Assembly (NCBI RefSeq): GCF_001194135.2
Contig: NC_068981.1
Coordinates: forward strand, 14,534,877 to 14,598,124
Direction of reading: 5' to 3'
DNA: 63,248 nt
Source: Octopus bimaculoides
Taxonomy: Eukaryota
Under the pieces are notes generated by a model. The model was not told the DNA's origin. It made no database searches and saw nothing but the letters and a program-made list of their open reading frames with translations. Of the stretch, positions 11,280 to 25,360 are shown piece after piece. The position numbers and the translations under genes were made by a program. How positions within the stretch are numbered: position 1 is the first letter of the stretch; every line of letters starts with the position of its first letter.

Positions 11280-11728
11280 CGTTGGCACTCCGTCGGTTAC
11301 AACGACGAGGGTTCCAGTTGATCCGATCAACGGAACAGCCTACTCGTGAAATTAACGTGAAAGTGGCTGAGTAATACACAGACACGTGTACACTTAACGT
11401 AGTTCTCGGGTAGATTCAGCGTGACACAGAGTGTGACAATGCTGGCCCTTTGAAATACAGGTAGAACAGAAACAGGANNNNNNNNNNGACACAGAGTGTG
11501 ACAATGCTGGCCCTTTGAAATACAGGTAGAACAGAAACAGGAAGAAAGAGCGAGAGAAAGTTGTGGTGAAAGAGTACAGCAGGGCTCACCACCATCACCT
11601 GCCGGAGCCTCGTGGGGCTTTAGGTGTTTTCGTTCTATAAACACCGACAACGCCCGATCTGGGAATCGAAACCGCGATCCTACGACCGCGAGTCCACTGC
11701 TCTAACCACTGGGCCATTGCGCCTCCAC
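11280..11728 (-). mobile_element. tRNA-headed SINE family 2, near full length
   Basis: Minus-strand head GGAGGCGCAATGGCCCAGTGGTTAG (A box) ... GGTTTCGATTCC (B box); body shared with 19415-19715; contains an assembly-duplicated segment around a 10-N gap. Confidence 0.85.
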
Positions 11729-14700
11729 GATTCAGCTTCCAATCTCACACTAAAACTCACCAGATATTCCTTTATATCCTCAAACTCATTTCAGCCGCAG
11801 CGGTTTATAAAGTTCTTCGTATTTCATATCTAACGTATTTACGCTATTGTTCCTATATAAAAATAGTTCAGGTCCCTACACTGACATGAATTGTACGCTT
11901 TTTAAAAAGTGGTAAACTGGTTTATTTGTAAAATATCTCTGACCTCTTACAACTATTTATTGAACGATTTAGTATATGTTGATAGTTATCCAATGTTTTT
12001 ACTGCCATCACAATAGCAGCACTCCTATAGGATAGTAGATTCATTAAAATAGCCTATCTTGCGACCTGCTTCGCCAGATACTTACACATTATTTGCGGAT
12101 ACGCATTCAACAAATTTTTGGCTCTAAACATTTCAGTAATTGTTTGTCCAGAACGATACCTTAATATACCTCCTTGTATTAGGAATGTGGATCATGAACA
12201 TTGTGTCCACACCACCAAACTTAAATGCACAGTAAATGTTATGTCTTCTTTTTTTCTTAGTTCTAACACTTAAATAAAACGAAACTCAGTGCTGGCGTTA
12301 CTATAGATTATTTAGTCTGCAAACATAGAAATTCTCCATATACATCTTTTATTCTCGATATATGTCCTCGTATGTAGATCGAATCATTCGCTTTTTACCT
12401 TCGAGCTCATATAAGCAGAGATATACTATTATCCAAATATTGTTTCACAATACACATTCTCTTTACTAGCCAACTCATTCAATCTTTCTCATCAGAAATA
12501 TTTCGCAATATAGTAATGACTGCAACATTCTATTTCTGCCTGCGTTTCTCAATATCATAGTTGCTTTGTTTTATTATTTTTTTTCACTTGGTTTAATCAG
12601 ATCGATACCTAAGTTCAAGGTAGCTATCTAATGAAATCGACTTTGCTTTGCGAACGAAATAAACAATAAATTTCAATGTAAAAGAAAAGAAAGCAATTTG
12701 GTGCTTTTTTTGTTTACATCTTTTACCCTTTGCTCCAATTTATTTTCAATTCAGTTTCTGGTTGAGATCGATATGCATCCACTTTGCCGAATTTATTTTT
12801 AACATTATTTGTTGTTTTTACCGAATCTAAACAATTGGTTTCTCTTAATAGTTTCTCTGCAGGAACTGTCTGCAATAGCATGTTATAAAAGAGTGGTGAG
12901 TCAAGAAAACATAGCTAGACCCAACTACAATATATGTGTAATACGGAGGCGACGGCATGCAACGATAACAATAGTAAAACTAATAATGATACTGAGAGAA
13001 ATATAAAAACAATGATAATAATGTTCCTAACAATAGTGATGATGATAATAATCAGGATGAAAACTCACTGTGACGATAAAAAAAATATCCATAATAGTGC
13101 TGAGTACATATTTGCCTTTAGCGCCGATGAACAAGAAACAAAACACGCAGCTATTAAATAAAGAAATGAATTACGTACAAAGGAAACACAATTTTGCAAA
13201 TCCAAGTGTTACAGGAAGAACATTTACTTACTTAGGAAATGTTAGAAAGAGCAATATATATATATATATATATATACACAAGTGTTTGTGTGGGTTACAA
13301 TATGATGAGAAATTAATTAATAAATTACNNNNNNNNNNNNNNNNNNNNNNNNNNNNNNNNNNNNNNNNNNNNNNNNNNNNNNNNNNNNNNNNNNNNNNNN
13401 NNNNNNNNNNNNTATATATATATATATATATATTACGTTATATCAGAATACATCAAAGTTTTTCCTTTCTGTTCTAAACACAACGAACTGGTTAGTTTCA
13501 GATATATTTTAACGGGTATCTCTACAAATTGGGAGACGAGTTTCTCTTTGTTGTAGCTCATTATGTGAACTCATCTTAAAGATCACCCCACAGCCTTTGT
13601 TTCATTAGCAAGTCTAAATGATTCTACATATCTGGTGGCAATGGCAAAGGAGGTTATCTGACGAGCTACATTGAACGGGCTAACGTGACGCAATGACCAC
13701 TTTAGTCAGGCTCTGAAAACTGTTTTCAAGTTTCAGTTGAAAAAGAAATTGATTGTGCAGAAATAGGTACTGCCTCGTAGTAAATGAATACATTAAAACG
13801 TGTCCGAGACCCGAAGGCATGGTCCCAGTGAATGGATTTCCTTTAAGCATATGCTTTATATTTAGAAGAGGACAGCTTTGGGAGGACGTTTGACTTCGTG
13901 TTCAGTATGAGAATGGTTCTTTATTATTACCACATATTTTACAAAATTTCGTTTAGCTCGCTTCAAATCCGTCTCTGAATTTGTAACTTTCGTCATATGA
14001 TATCCTCGTCTATGTATGAAATACAGTTGGTTATTATCTCGGTCCGAAAATTATTACTGCAATCTCACCAAATTCAATTTAAAAAGCGAATTACAAAATA
14101 GAATTTTGGAAAATCTAAACGCGCATTTCACCTTACAAGAGAAATATTGCCACATACTGATTGAAGCCCTATTTGTTGAATCTTATCGATACAGGCGGAA
14201 CAGAATCACATTTACAAAAAAATACGAACACTTATATAAATACGAATGGACAGATCAAAATTTACAAAGATAAAAACACAACAAATAATACATTAAATGC
14301 TTTACCACGTGTATCTCAATAAGAATATTTTTAGGGAATATTACTGAAAGAAAATGCGATCGATATTGTTAGTATTAAGTGCAACAGCTTTCGCATAAAC
14401 ACGTTAAACAAGGGCAGCGTTTCTGAATGCGAGGTTGTGCCTGTGCTTTTAACACACTAATTTAAATTCATGTGAAAGGAAGCAGTGCAGCATAGCTATT
14501 TGGAGCCATACGGTGTTGTTCTATGGACATTATAGACAAGTACAAGTAAGATAAAATCTTTTACGTACTTTGGCATTCTAAAAATATCATAGAGGCTTTC
14601 ATTTACCTACAAATGTGGAGGTGGAAAAGCCTAGAAGAATGAAGAACACATTCATCACACTTATACTTCGAATGTTATGTCAAAGGAACAGAGACTACAC

Positions 14701-16277
14701 TTAGGAACAACAGCTATGACATTCGAAACTGGACCGTTATCATTAATGTATTTTGTATAGGTGGGTGATTATTTCGGAGGGGATTAAAGAAGTTGTAGAT
14801 GGGTATAAGGATGAACATACATGCACCATTGGTTACAGAAAACCAGAGCCCAACAAATGATATAAAAGAAAATTGTGCGCTGTTAAGGAAGAAGACAAAC
14901 ATGGCACAATGCTTACCGTGCAATGTTAAATGACAAAACGTTTTCAATGTTGTAGTAATAGCCATTTGCTAACGTTTGGTCTGAGGATCAGTTAAAGTGA
15001 AAAACATATCCGGTTTGAGACCAGCAGTCCTAATTTCCAGAATTCTGCCATGTTTCTTGCCTAACTGATTTCCATATGGATAGTAAGCTAGAATTCCACT
15101 GACATTTGTCCTTGAAGTGAGAAACCACAAAACATCAAGTAGCATCGCATGGCTCCGAATGGAAATGGTTAATAGACAATCTCTATGATGTGCAAGAACA
15201 ATTTGGTAAACAAATGTGCAACTACGCAAATATATCGGGCCTTCTTTATTGAAAATGTTAGAAGTAGGCTTACAAAAGGTCGTGTTAAAACATAATACAC
15301 ATCATTTTGTGCCTTGTATGCTTCGATATTTAAGCAGCACGCGGGTTGACATAGTTTTACCATGAGAAAAATGTGTGATAGAGCGATTTCAAATCTCAAA
15401 ATTATAGTGCGATATGACAGAATTTAGCTGGATCTGATGATTTGTGTCTTTATATTGGTGAAAATTTGTTTTAAGTGTTCGGTATCTTCATATAATTTCA
15501 TTTATACTGCACATTAATATTTTAGTTGTGTCTTTTGTATAATATCCTCACGGTTCCCCATATAGCTGTAAGCCATGCATAAAGTACACACAAATTTATT
15601 CACACACACAGACCGATATAGTACAAGCGCATATATACACGTACATTATGTATTGTCTGATTGTAGTTCTTAAAACTCCTCCAAAATTTTCCTTGTATGC
15701 TTTTGTGATGCTCTCGTTAATCTGTATATGTAGCATTTTATTAGTTTCATGTAGTGTGTATAAGAATGGTGTAGTATTAATAGTATGTTTCTAGTTTATG
15801 GATCTACTTTAATGTGCTGAGTTTCAATTAATGTCCACTGCTTAGTAATTTTAACACAATTATCTAGCCCCATCTTCATTTTCATGTCCAGCTGAATGCA
15901 TGGGCATTTATTAAGATTTCCAGCTGTATATTGTCATTTATAAGTAACGCTATGTAATACTTAAAACGGAAATGGTTTATAATTGCCACAACAATTTACA
16001 AATGTTCGCTATTTTATTCAACAAAAGTATATATTTCAACCACCTGCAAAACTATTGAGTAAATAAGAAATCGCATTGGTAGATTCTTCTTTTCACACTT
16101 ATAGACATCTATTAATAAAGCTCTCCATACTCCAACGTTGCGGTCTTTTGCAATTTTCTCATTACATGTCTTATGTTCCGTGGGTCTGAATCCTCGCTCA
16201 TTCATTTAAAGCGAAATCTTAGTAACCCAAATAGATGTGTGCAGCCATCCTTTCTGATCTTTAATTAAGACCTGCAG

Positions 16278-16503
16278 CGTTGGTTAAGACGGGCTAAAAG
16301 CAGGTACAGTATAACACTCAAAGCCGCAGTGTTTATCCTACATGGAAATGGTTCGAACGTATTTGTCATCCGGGAACAACTAGAAAGGACATTATCCGGA
16401 AGCGCACTGGACGCTTATGTAATTTTCACTGAAGACAGCGCTGCTTGTTCAGTTGGCAACAGAAGTTGGTCTAACCAATACGAATTTCAATTGCATTTAC
16501 TTG
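16278..16503 (+). CDS. Candidate internal exon, unidentified protein
   Basis: CTGCAG acceptor and G|GTAAGC donor; open frame RWLRRAKSRYSITLKAAVFILHGNGSNVFVIREQ...QYEFQLHLL; higher GC than the flanks. Confidence 0.25.
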
Positions 16504-16569
16504 GTAAGCCGTGCCCAACAATTATCCTCACATGTGGACGAACAACAATAAATAAATCCATCCTGCTGT

Positions 16570-16686
16570 AGGTACAAAGTTTGAAATTTTGGAGGAGACG
16601 ATGAGTCGATTACATCGGCACCACTACTCAATTGATATTATTTTTCGATACCATAGGGATGAAAGGCAAAGTTGACCTTGGCAGAA
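16570..16686 (-). mobile_element. SINE family 1 fragment
   Basis: GGATGAAAGGCAAAGTTGACCTTGGCAG and tail GGTACAAAGTTTGAAATTTTGG match the copies at 8315-8960. Confidence 0.75.
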
Positions 16687-18519
16687 AGAACAGGAAATAA
16701 TGAAATGAAAAAAAAAAAACATTCCTGCTTAGTAGGAACATCCGGACCACATTTGATACAGCAGATAGTGATCGCAAAAAACGTTGCAGCTGACTGCTTT
16801 ACCCATGAAATTTCAAGGTTGACTATTGACACAACCTGCTTTTAGTGAAGTTCTCGTAAAAAGTGTAGTGATATTCTACATGATATTGGCCACCGATGTC
16901 ATTACTTTTGCCTCCTAGATGCTGCAAGACACCTTTCTGGAGTATTTTTAGTTTCATGAAAGGAACAGTTTCAAGATATGGAAATGGGTCCGAACAAACA
17001 GTTATGATAGGTAGAAAGGTAGTTTGAACGTATTATGTCCCCGCTATCTAAACGGATTCTGAATTTTGCCGCAAATCATACACTAAATTCATATAGGCAA
17101 GGTTAGCCTTGGTGACAGCAAAGCTTCGGTAGTTATAAACTTATAAGGCATGGAATGAGTATCTTGAAAGCATAATATTGGAAACTTTATGACAAAGAAC
17201 AGCTTTTGCAATCTTTCATTCGATACGCTATCTTCCAGCAAAAAAAAAACAGCTCGAAAATACTGCAAAAATCTTCCTTAGTCGAAACTTTGGCACCCAA
17301 TAGACGTCATTATGCTACTTCCGACAGCTATTAGAGATGTGTTCCACATTCAAATAATGTCCAGTGCACTATGATACATAGGCTGCAATAGTCTGCTGCG
17401 CTATTGAACATCATGTAATATCCAAGATAAAGGGAGAACGTGTTCCTATGTTCCTAAGTAGGGATTTCATGTAAGTCAGCTGTAAGCTTATTTCGAGCCA
17501 AATCATTAATGTGACTATAAAATGTGCTAGGATGTTACGACAATGATGTATGACTCTTTGCACAAAATTGAAAACAATATACTGAGTACAGACAGAGAAG
17601 CACTCTTTAGAAACTAAGTGCTTAAGCTGACCTCGTGGTCGAAGCACTTCCAAACTATCCTCGACACCTCCCGCATGATCTATTATTCAGCAACTGATTG
17701 CATTAAATAAACTGCGCAGAGACGGTTGTTATTAGGTTCAAGCCTTGTTTCCTTCTAAACATGACTACAGAGTACATCATATCATCCGGCATATGTAAGT
17801 CCTTTCATATGCCTTTTATGAAGGGGTTATTTTATAGGTTAGACTGCTTCCATTAGTTGTTTTGGACATTCATTATTACCGATTTCTTTAAGTCTTTATT
17901 TTCATTATTATCAATAACAGTGTTGATGACATAAACGAGTATGACAATTACAATGACAATATTGCTGACGATGGCAATAATGATGATAATCGTAATCATG
18001 CATGCTGTCGTCGATAGAGAACATGGTTAATATTTTGTGAGCTGCGTGAATACATTAAGGTATGAAAAGGCAAACACACTGTAATCTTGAACCTCCAAGT
18101 TCCGGACATTAGAAAGAGAAAACAATTGTTTGATCCATGTTAATGAAACGGAAAAGTAACAAATAGAAAAGGAAGATGGAAAGCCACTATATCTAAAAGG
18201 GAGTATTATGCGGCCTAACATTAATAATTGCTGCTGGAACTAAAAGAAAAGAGGATTATGACGACACAAACTAAAAAGGCTAAAATAGAGTGTTTCACCG
18301 AATTATGGCTCTATAAAGGAGATAAAAGAATGTTATAGCATCGAATGCTTTTGTTTTTATTTGTTTACAATGAATTAACTCTGGAAACAAGTTTGATTTT
18401 CAACAACGACATGGCGTAAAGATACGCCATGGTTACGCAAACATTAACAGATTAAAGCTGATCATAATGTGGTCAGGATGGCACATAACTATTACAAAAT
18501 AAATGGTACTTGAACACTA

Positions 18520-18674
18520 CTACAGCGCCTTTTCTTTTACTTCTAATGCTGGTATATTTACTATTGCTGTTCCTGTGAACTTTCTTACAGAAGCGTCTTC
18601 AAAGAGAACATTAACTGCATCGAACTCACCATTTTTTGAAAGCTTAAGGAAGGCTATCTGTACATCTCCTTCAT
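18520..18674 (-). CDS. Candidate terminal coding exon, unidentified protein
   Basis: Pyrimidine tract TTTTACTAGTTTGTTTTAG acceptor; open frame (D)EGDVQIAFLKLSKNGEFDAVNVLFEDASVRKFTGTAIVNIPALEVKEKAL ending TAG TAG; AATAAA about 160 nt downstream. Confidence 0.45.
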
Positions 18675-19414
18675 CTAAAACAAACTAGTAAAATATTACT
18701 TTCACAGCTACAACATACGCCAGTATTATTTATTCAGTGATGGATAAAAATTAAACCGAGAAATCAGAGAACTTGACTATGATGAAAGGTCGATGGTTCC
18801 CATCTAAAAGAAGGCTTTAATGTCGGTAGTCGCGAGAACATGAAGAAATATAAAATAGACTATACATCGGGGGAAAATGTACTGGGATTAAAAGACTACT
18901 GCACGTGCAGGGAATATTGGTTAAATAATTGGGTTTTGGTGGATAAAGTCTATAAGAGATAGAAGCTGTATGTTTGTATGTATATTATATATATAACAAG
19001 AAATAATTTTTGTCGCTTTTTATAGGAACATGGTTTTATGAAATGGAATTTTTTGAAATACTCGTTTGAGGGGAGTAAGGACATTTTTTCAGCCGATTGA
19101 TATTTAAAAAAAGAAATTATTTAGATTTTCAGTAGCATGACATGCTTTAGAATTTTTAGATTGTATATACCTTCTTCATAGGCCGTGCTATATATCTGTA
19201 TTTTTATTCTCATATATAGTTTTTACCTTCTGCGTTTTTTTGTATATGTATAATTTATGATTTCTGTATAAGTTTTATATGTTTAAAAGCCATGTTAATA
19301 TTTATATATTTGACCACCAAACCATGTTGTTGCATGGGGAAATTCTTAATAATATAGTTGTCGTCACAACACTTTCTTTATTTGGGTTTAACTTTTGAAT
19401 ATAATCTGTCGATT

Positions 19415-19715
19415 AAGGCGACGAGTGTTCAAGTTGAGATCCGACCAATGGAACAGCGTGATCGTGAAATTAACGTGTAAGCTATTGAGCTTCCACCGAC
19501 TCTCGTATCCTTACCGACGTTCTCAGGGAGGTTCAGCTTGACACAAAATATGACAAGGCTGGCCCTTAGAAATACAGGTACTACATATTCTCGCAAGCTG
19601 GGCGGCCTTGAGCAATGTGAACAAAAATGACTTGCTCAAGTACAAAAAGCGCTGCTGTGAATCGAACTCACTCATGACTTTACAATCGTAAATCGAATAC
19701 CCTTACCTCTAAGTT
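19415..19715 (-). mobile_element. Diverged SINE related to family 2
   Basis: Shares GGAACAGC..TCGTGAAATTAACGTG and GCTGGCCCTT.GAAATACAGGTA with 11280-11728; decayed tRNA-like head. Confidence 0.75.
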
Positions 19716-20309
19716 GGGCATCTTCACTTAATCATTTGATATAGTTGACGAACAAAAATGTGAAATCAGCGTAATTTACTTTTGTTGGGAAAAAGTAAAT
19801 GGCAGAATTTATAACATTCTCCAAAAATCTATTTGGAGCTTCTAATTGCATTGTATCAGCAAAGTAACAAAGTCGTACATAGTATTACAAACAGGATTCA
19901 GGCATGATAATTAAAAGGATGATGATGGAAGTGCTAACTATCGTTGTTTCAGGGAAAATAAATGATAAAATGTTAATGATGATGACATCGACATTGACAA
20001 ATCATTTTCTAGTTTAATTATTTAAAATATTACGTTCGTTCCCCGAACTTTCCGAAGATAACATTTCTGAAATTCTCTAAAATATTTATAGTTTCGCTTG
20101 CAGTTAATTTCTTCTTGTATTTTCCCCTTTAGCTCTAGCGATAAACAAGAGACTTATGGTAAAATTAATCAACAGTGAATAATACAATCACCACATAAAT
20201 CAAAATATTGGTGTTGACTGCAACGATAAGTAGTGTCGTAGTTCAAAATTGTAAATGTTTACCATTGTTATTAAAAGAACTTAATATTTATTATGTTTTT
20301 TTTTTTAAT

Positions 20310-20410
20310 GTGGCGAGAGCTTGCAGAATACTTAACACGAAATACTTGGTGGCATTCGTCTGTCTTTTCGATCTGAGTTCAAATTTCGCCGGCGTCAGCT
20401 TTTCCTTTTG
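20310..20410 (+). mobile_element. SINE family 1 5' fragment
   Basis: TGGCGAGAGCTTGCAGAA...TCTGAGTTCAAATTTCGCCGG. Confidence 0.7.
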
Positions 20411-20506
20411 ATGAAGTTGTATTAAGGGCAACTTGAATCTGGCGAGTCGCATAAATAGCTAAGCGTTTGTAAGGTTCAAAACCAACGGTCACTGTTTGAG
20501 AGTACC

Positions 20507-20569
<63 letters not shown>

Positions 20570-21789
20570 GAAAGAGAGAGAGAGAAAGAGGGAGTTGCAT
20601 ATGCGTATACATGTATATATACATATAATTATATAACTTATTCACACACACTCTTATGTAAACAAAAAAAATCGTATTTTGTTGCGAACACAAGTGCAAT
20701 TTTCACTAATATTGATTTATTTCTACCGGGTGGGGTTTGCGATACGTAGAATTGACAGCGTCCATTTAAATACGATTTCAGTGTCGTTTTTCAAACGCTG
20801 TAAATCTGTATATCTGGTTAGAACATCATTATGTCCTGTCACCTACCGTTCATGATGCAGGAAGTACTTCTGAACGAAATATTCATTATTTTTGGCGTTG
20901 TCTATTCTTTTAAGCGAAGCAGACACTCAGAATACGACTCATTCATTAGAATGGGCTTCTATTGTTTTCTGAAAAAGCTGTCTTGAAAATATGTCATACT
21001 AAGTGTTATGGCATCAATTTTGTGCCACATTTTCTGACAAAATGTGGACCATATTGAAATTATTCCTCGTACATATAATGCGTGAAAAACTGCTTATGAG
21101 ATATCAACAAAATTGCAATATTTGTAATGTTTTCGTTTGTAAACGCATATATGTATGCGTGTTTGATAAGTAACTACTGCCTTAAATATTACAACACTTC
21201 TTCATAAAAGTGCAAATTATCAGATATCGTTATTTTTTCCCTCTTTTAACGAATGTTTGACTTCATTTAAAGTGTAATCCAACTCCGCAAGAAACAGAAA
21301 CCTCAAACTAAGTTTGTGTCAGAGCACCCCATTGATATACAATAATCGAAAACAATCTCGATTTTATTGTGATTACAGCCTGTGCGATCATCAAGGGTGA
21401 ATATATGCTATTCTTAAAACAGTATATCGTACCGAATATTACATTTCAGAAGACCCACCAGAGGTCTCTAGATGTGTCCCTTTATTTTGTCACATCCTCC
21501 AGTCTCCATCCATTAGCTCAAGCTGTACATGATGTATAGTTGGAACGTGAGAGGATACACACAAGCAAATTTATCTGCCGCCATTTTCTATGTCGTCTTG
21601 TCTCAAAGCCAATAATTTTAGGGGTACTAAGTTCGCCAGCTTGGGAAATAACTTTATCGACCATGAACTGATGACAGCAAAATTCTACCTCGTTTGAATT
21701 CAAACATAAAATGTAGTAAAGAGTTGGAAGAATTGCGTCTAAATATTTTTTTTGAGGCTGTATAATTTCTGTCATATAATAATATCTCG

Positions 21790-22260
21790 GCAAAATAATT
21801 CGATAAGCTCAGAAAGTATAAAGATCTGCTAATCAAAGTCGAAAAAATGTGGCATCTCAAGGCGGTTACAATACCAATGATTGTAGGAGTGATCAAAAAC
21901 AGAACTCAAAATTATTTAAGAATGATCCCTGGTTTACCATCCATGCAGGAAATGCAAAATGTTGTTACAACTGGTACGTCAGACGTATTGAGAAGAGCAT
22001 TTTCGCTGTAAATTTTCTTTCCCTTTTCCCCTTTATTATATGTACTTTTCTAGCTTTTATTTTTTCCTTTTCCTCTTTGTCTTCCCACTTTTTTGTCTAT
22101 TGCATACCTCTGTAAATGAACAATCTGGTGTATTAATTTTTATGGTTTACCAATATATGAAGTACATTTCTCTGCTCTAGGTGTCAGGAAGACACTCGGC
22201 AAGAAATGGAAACAGAACTGAAAGCAGATGCTAATTAAAGTTATAATAACAATAATAATA
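21790..22260 (+). mobile_element. 3' end of an RLE-type LINE (R4/Dong-like) with 3' UTR and (AAT)n tail
   Basis: Peptide FDKLRKYKDLLIKVEKMWHLKAVTIPMIVG...RMIPGLPSMQEMQNVVTTGTSDVLRRAFSL-stop, typical of the R4-clade C-terminus. Confidence 0.8.
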
Positions 22261-22474
22261 TATTCTACACTAAGCACAAGGCTCGAAATTTTGAGGGAGA
22301 GGTCAGTCAATTAGATCAACTCTAGTACGCAGCTGGTACTTAATTTATTGACCCCGAAAGGATGTAAAGCAAAGTCGACCTCGTCGGAATTTGAACTCAG
22401 AACGTAAAGACAGGTGAAATAACGCTAAGCATTTCGCCCGGCGTGCTAACGTTTCTGCCAGCTCGCTGCCTTAC
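22261..22474 (-). mobile_element. SINE family 1, full-length copy
   Basis: Head AAGGCAGCGAGCTGGCAGAAACGTTAGCACGCCGGG with B box GAGTTCAAATTCC; tail shares the (AAT)n tract of the adjacent LINE. Confidence 0.9.
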
Positions 22475-23479
22475 ACCAGTTTAGTATTAACGAATGATTA
22501 TCTGCTTTGTAGTAGCGATCGGAAGATCAACTGAATTATACCGACCTATTTGAAGCATATTACTGTTTAGGATTATTCCTATGGTTCACTCTTAGAGACA
22601 AATACAGCAATCTTTGGCGTATAAATAACATAAGTATATTCTCATAACACTTCAATCTCTTTCTTGATCTGTAATTTGCCTCACGTTGAAAAACCTGAGA
22701 CAACAACCATATTACTTCTTATTTTTGATCACGTGTAGTCGTGTTCCCCATAGTGTTTCTAATACTTGCTTTAAGAAAGGTAACTCTCATAAATTTTCTG
22801 AAAACCTGAATAACAACGGGCGTAAGGATAAATATAAAATCAATGGTTAGCTTAAAAGAACATTAAATAAATCCCAAATCCCCAAAATACATCTTCAATA
22901 TTATTCCGTTATTAAAATAACACATCTGTCTCTATTTTGAATGAATAAATACAAAATTGTTCTAGTTTTGCATAATAATCAGGAGGCATGCTAATTATCG
23001 TAGTAGAAACTGGAGTGAAGTAGAAGTAAAACAAAAATTAATATAATTGCTATCAGGCAGATGCTGTTAATGAAGGTTGACACCAGAAGGATTAATAAAC
23101 GACGATGAGGTAGTATAAGAAAAGATGGTGAAAATATCGACTACTCATCAAATATCTCACAAAAAAATATGCAAAATAAAATTTTGTAAAATCAAATAGT
23201 GTAAAAATAAAATTGTAAAATGATATTTTTTGAGACAATTATTTACATTTATTTTAATATAGCCTTGTTAATTATCCTATTTTTAATGCCTCTGTTGTTG
23301 GTATTGATCTTAGAATGGTCATGTAGAGTTCTGGAGATTAAATCAGCCAAATTCAAATACCATTAATTTTTGCCTCGCATAATTCTTTTCATGATTACTA
23401 GGACTCAAGACAGATTTTATGGCATATAACTGACCGAGATCATAACCAATTCCATGAACGGGATGCCGGTGCGCGGCAG

Positions 23480-23685
23480 GGTTTCAATGCCAGCAAATTT
23501 TGAAGGAGGGCACTAGTCCATTAAATCGACCTCAGTATTTGATTGCTATTTATTCTATCGATCCCGAATTGATGAAAAGTTAAGTTGACCTCAACAAGAT
23601 TAAACACTCAAGACGTAATAAACTTGAATAAATACTGCCAAGCATTTTATTCGATATGCTAACGATTCTGTTAGTTTACAGCGTG
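23480..23685 (-). mobile_element. Diverged SINE family 1 copy
   Basis: AAATTTTGAAGGAGG...TCGACCTCAGTATTTGATTG...GATGAAAAGTTAAGTTGACCTC. Confidence 0.65.
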
Positions 23686-25132
23686 TATTAAATATGTCAG
23701 ATCACGATCAGTTTTTAAAATTTAGCTACATCTAAAATATACAACGCTATGATAAGTTTGATGTTAATAGAGAGTTAAATATTTATTGACCCTACCTCTA
23801 GTTAGTAGTTTTGATAGATTTGATAAATAACCTAAATAGCAGACCTTTAATCTTTTTTTCTTTGGTCAGTAAGCGTTATTTCTTATTTGCTTCTGTCTAG
23901 AAATCAAGGAAAATGACTACAATTCCTTTCAAACATTGCTTTTGTGGCCTGGTCATCAATGATTTGAAACTGACATTTTCTCCATTACGTTTCCGGCAGA
24001 TTCAGCGCTGAGTTGCTGAAGAAGACATACTGGAATAACAAATATACTGTTCAATACCACAGATATGTGCATCTCTGACCATGAGCAGGAATAATGGGGG
24101 AGCATTCTGGCCATGTGTTGCAGGGGATTTTTTGGGGTTTTGAATAAATATAACCAAGGCAATATCTGATTTTTCATACATTTTTAGGGGTAAGCACATA
24201 GCAAATAACAGTTGCTACCCCAAACCCTTGTTACAACACTTTATAATATTCTAATGTATACACGAACTGATATTTTGTAGGCTTTCCGGGTTGCCAACAT
24301 CCTCCGGGGATGAAATTGTAACTTAACGTTTATGAGCATGTCATGCGAATAATTCATTAAGTTATTTCTGGACTTTGAACTCCATGCATGACATGCTTGA
24401 AGTGTAACAACCGTGATTATGCAAAAGAAAATATTCAAGCAGTTGGACAAACTTATCCTCACATGAATTTCTTTAAAAATCCCTGCAATTTCATTTGCTC
24501 GGGAAGTGTATACCAAGTGTGGAATTATTTGAAGGCTCTGCAGTAGTAATTTGTCTTGTATGTCACAGCCAATAAGCTTCCGACATTGTATTTGCTGATG
24601 AGCGATACTGATGACTGTGGCTCATGCAGGTTCATTACATTCAAAAGAAGATTAATTGTATATTCATTCGCATCACCAATGGAATCTTGTATAGATTAGT
24701 GTGGTGCAATAACCAAGCTAAGAGCTTGGCTGATTTTGGTTTAATCAGGAGCAACATAATGTGTCAACATCTATTTCTAACAAAGCATTTACTTTTACAT
24801 TTTAATGTCATAGAATTTGCCCCCCGAACTCTTTAACTACGCACGAATCTCTATGACTGCTTATAGATACGTACACTGCACAAGCTGAGAGATACACAAG
24901 GTTGTCGAAATAAACTCAAGGAAGCTAACAACGAACAAGTTTACAACGCATGGTATCGCACTGTTAGTGGAGAAACGCTTTCTTTCACAACATTAAAGTG
25001 GTGACCTGAAAACAAAAATAATTACACAAGTATTATGCTGGAAGCATAAAAATGTGATTTGGGGCGGAGAAATGTATAGTGTCGTTTTTCAAAGAAACAA
25101 ATGAGAAAGGTGTAGATTGGTGGGGTACATCG

Positions 25133-25151
<19 letters not shown>

Positions 25152-25164
<13 letters not shown>

Positions 25165-25360
25165 GGGAGAATTCACAAAAAAAAAAAAGACGAAGACAGG
25201 TACTGTAGAAAACAAACAGATGTATTAGTATAACGCTCGGGAATTGAAAGGCTTTAACGTTTCGAGTCTACGCTCTTCTACAGAAAGGCACACAGAAAGA
25301 AACAAGCAGAGAAACAAGCAGAGAAAAGCATGAGTGTAGTGGTTAGCGATGTATCATGGC
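25152..25360 (-). mobile_element. Family A hammerhead-bearing element, copy 4
   Basis: Reverse complement cctttCTGTAGAAGAGCGTAGACTCGAAACGTTaaag at about 25252-25288; ends in (AT)n. Confidence 0.75.

Noticed and set aside
11423-11542. Exact 55-bp direct repeat around a 10-N gap (same pattern at 36540-36661)
   Set aside because: Typical unmerged contig overlap; assembly artefact.
11655-11728. tRNA gene-like sequences (also 48568-48634 and 62985-63053)
   Set aside because: A and B boxes run into SINE bodies and the acceptor stems do not close; these are SINE heads, not tRNA genes.
13631-13660. Walker-A-like SGGNGKG
   Set aside because: It lacks the S/T after Lys, the frame closes quickly, and no downstream helicase motifs follow.
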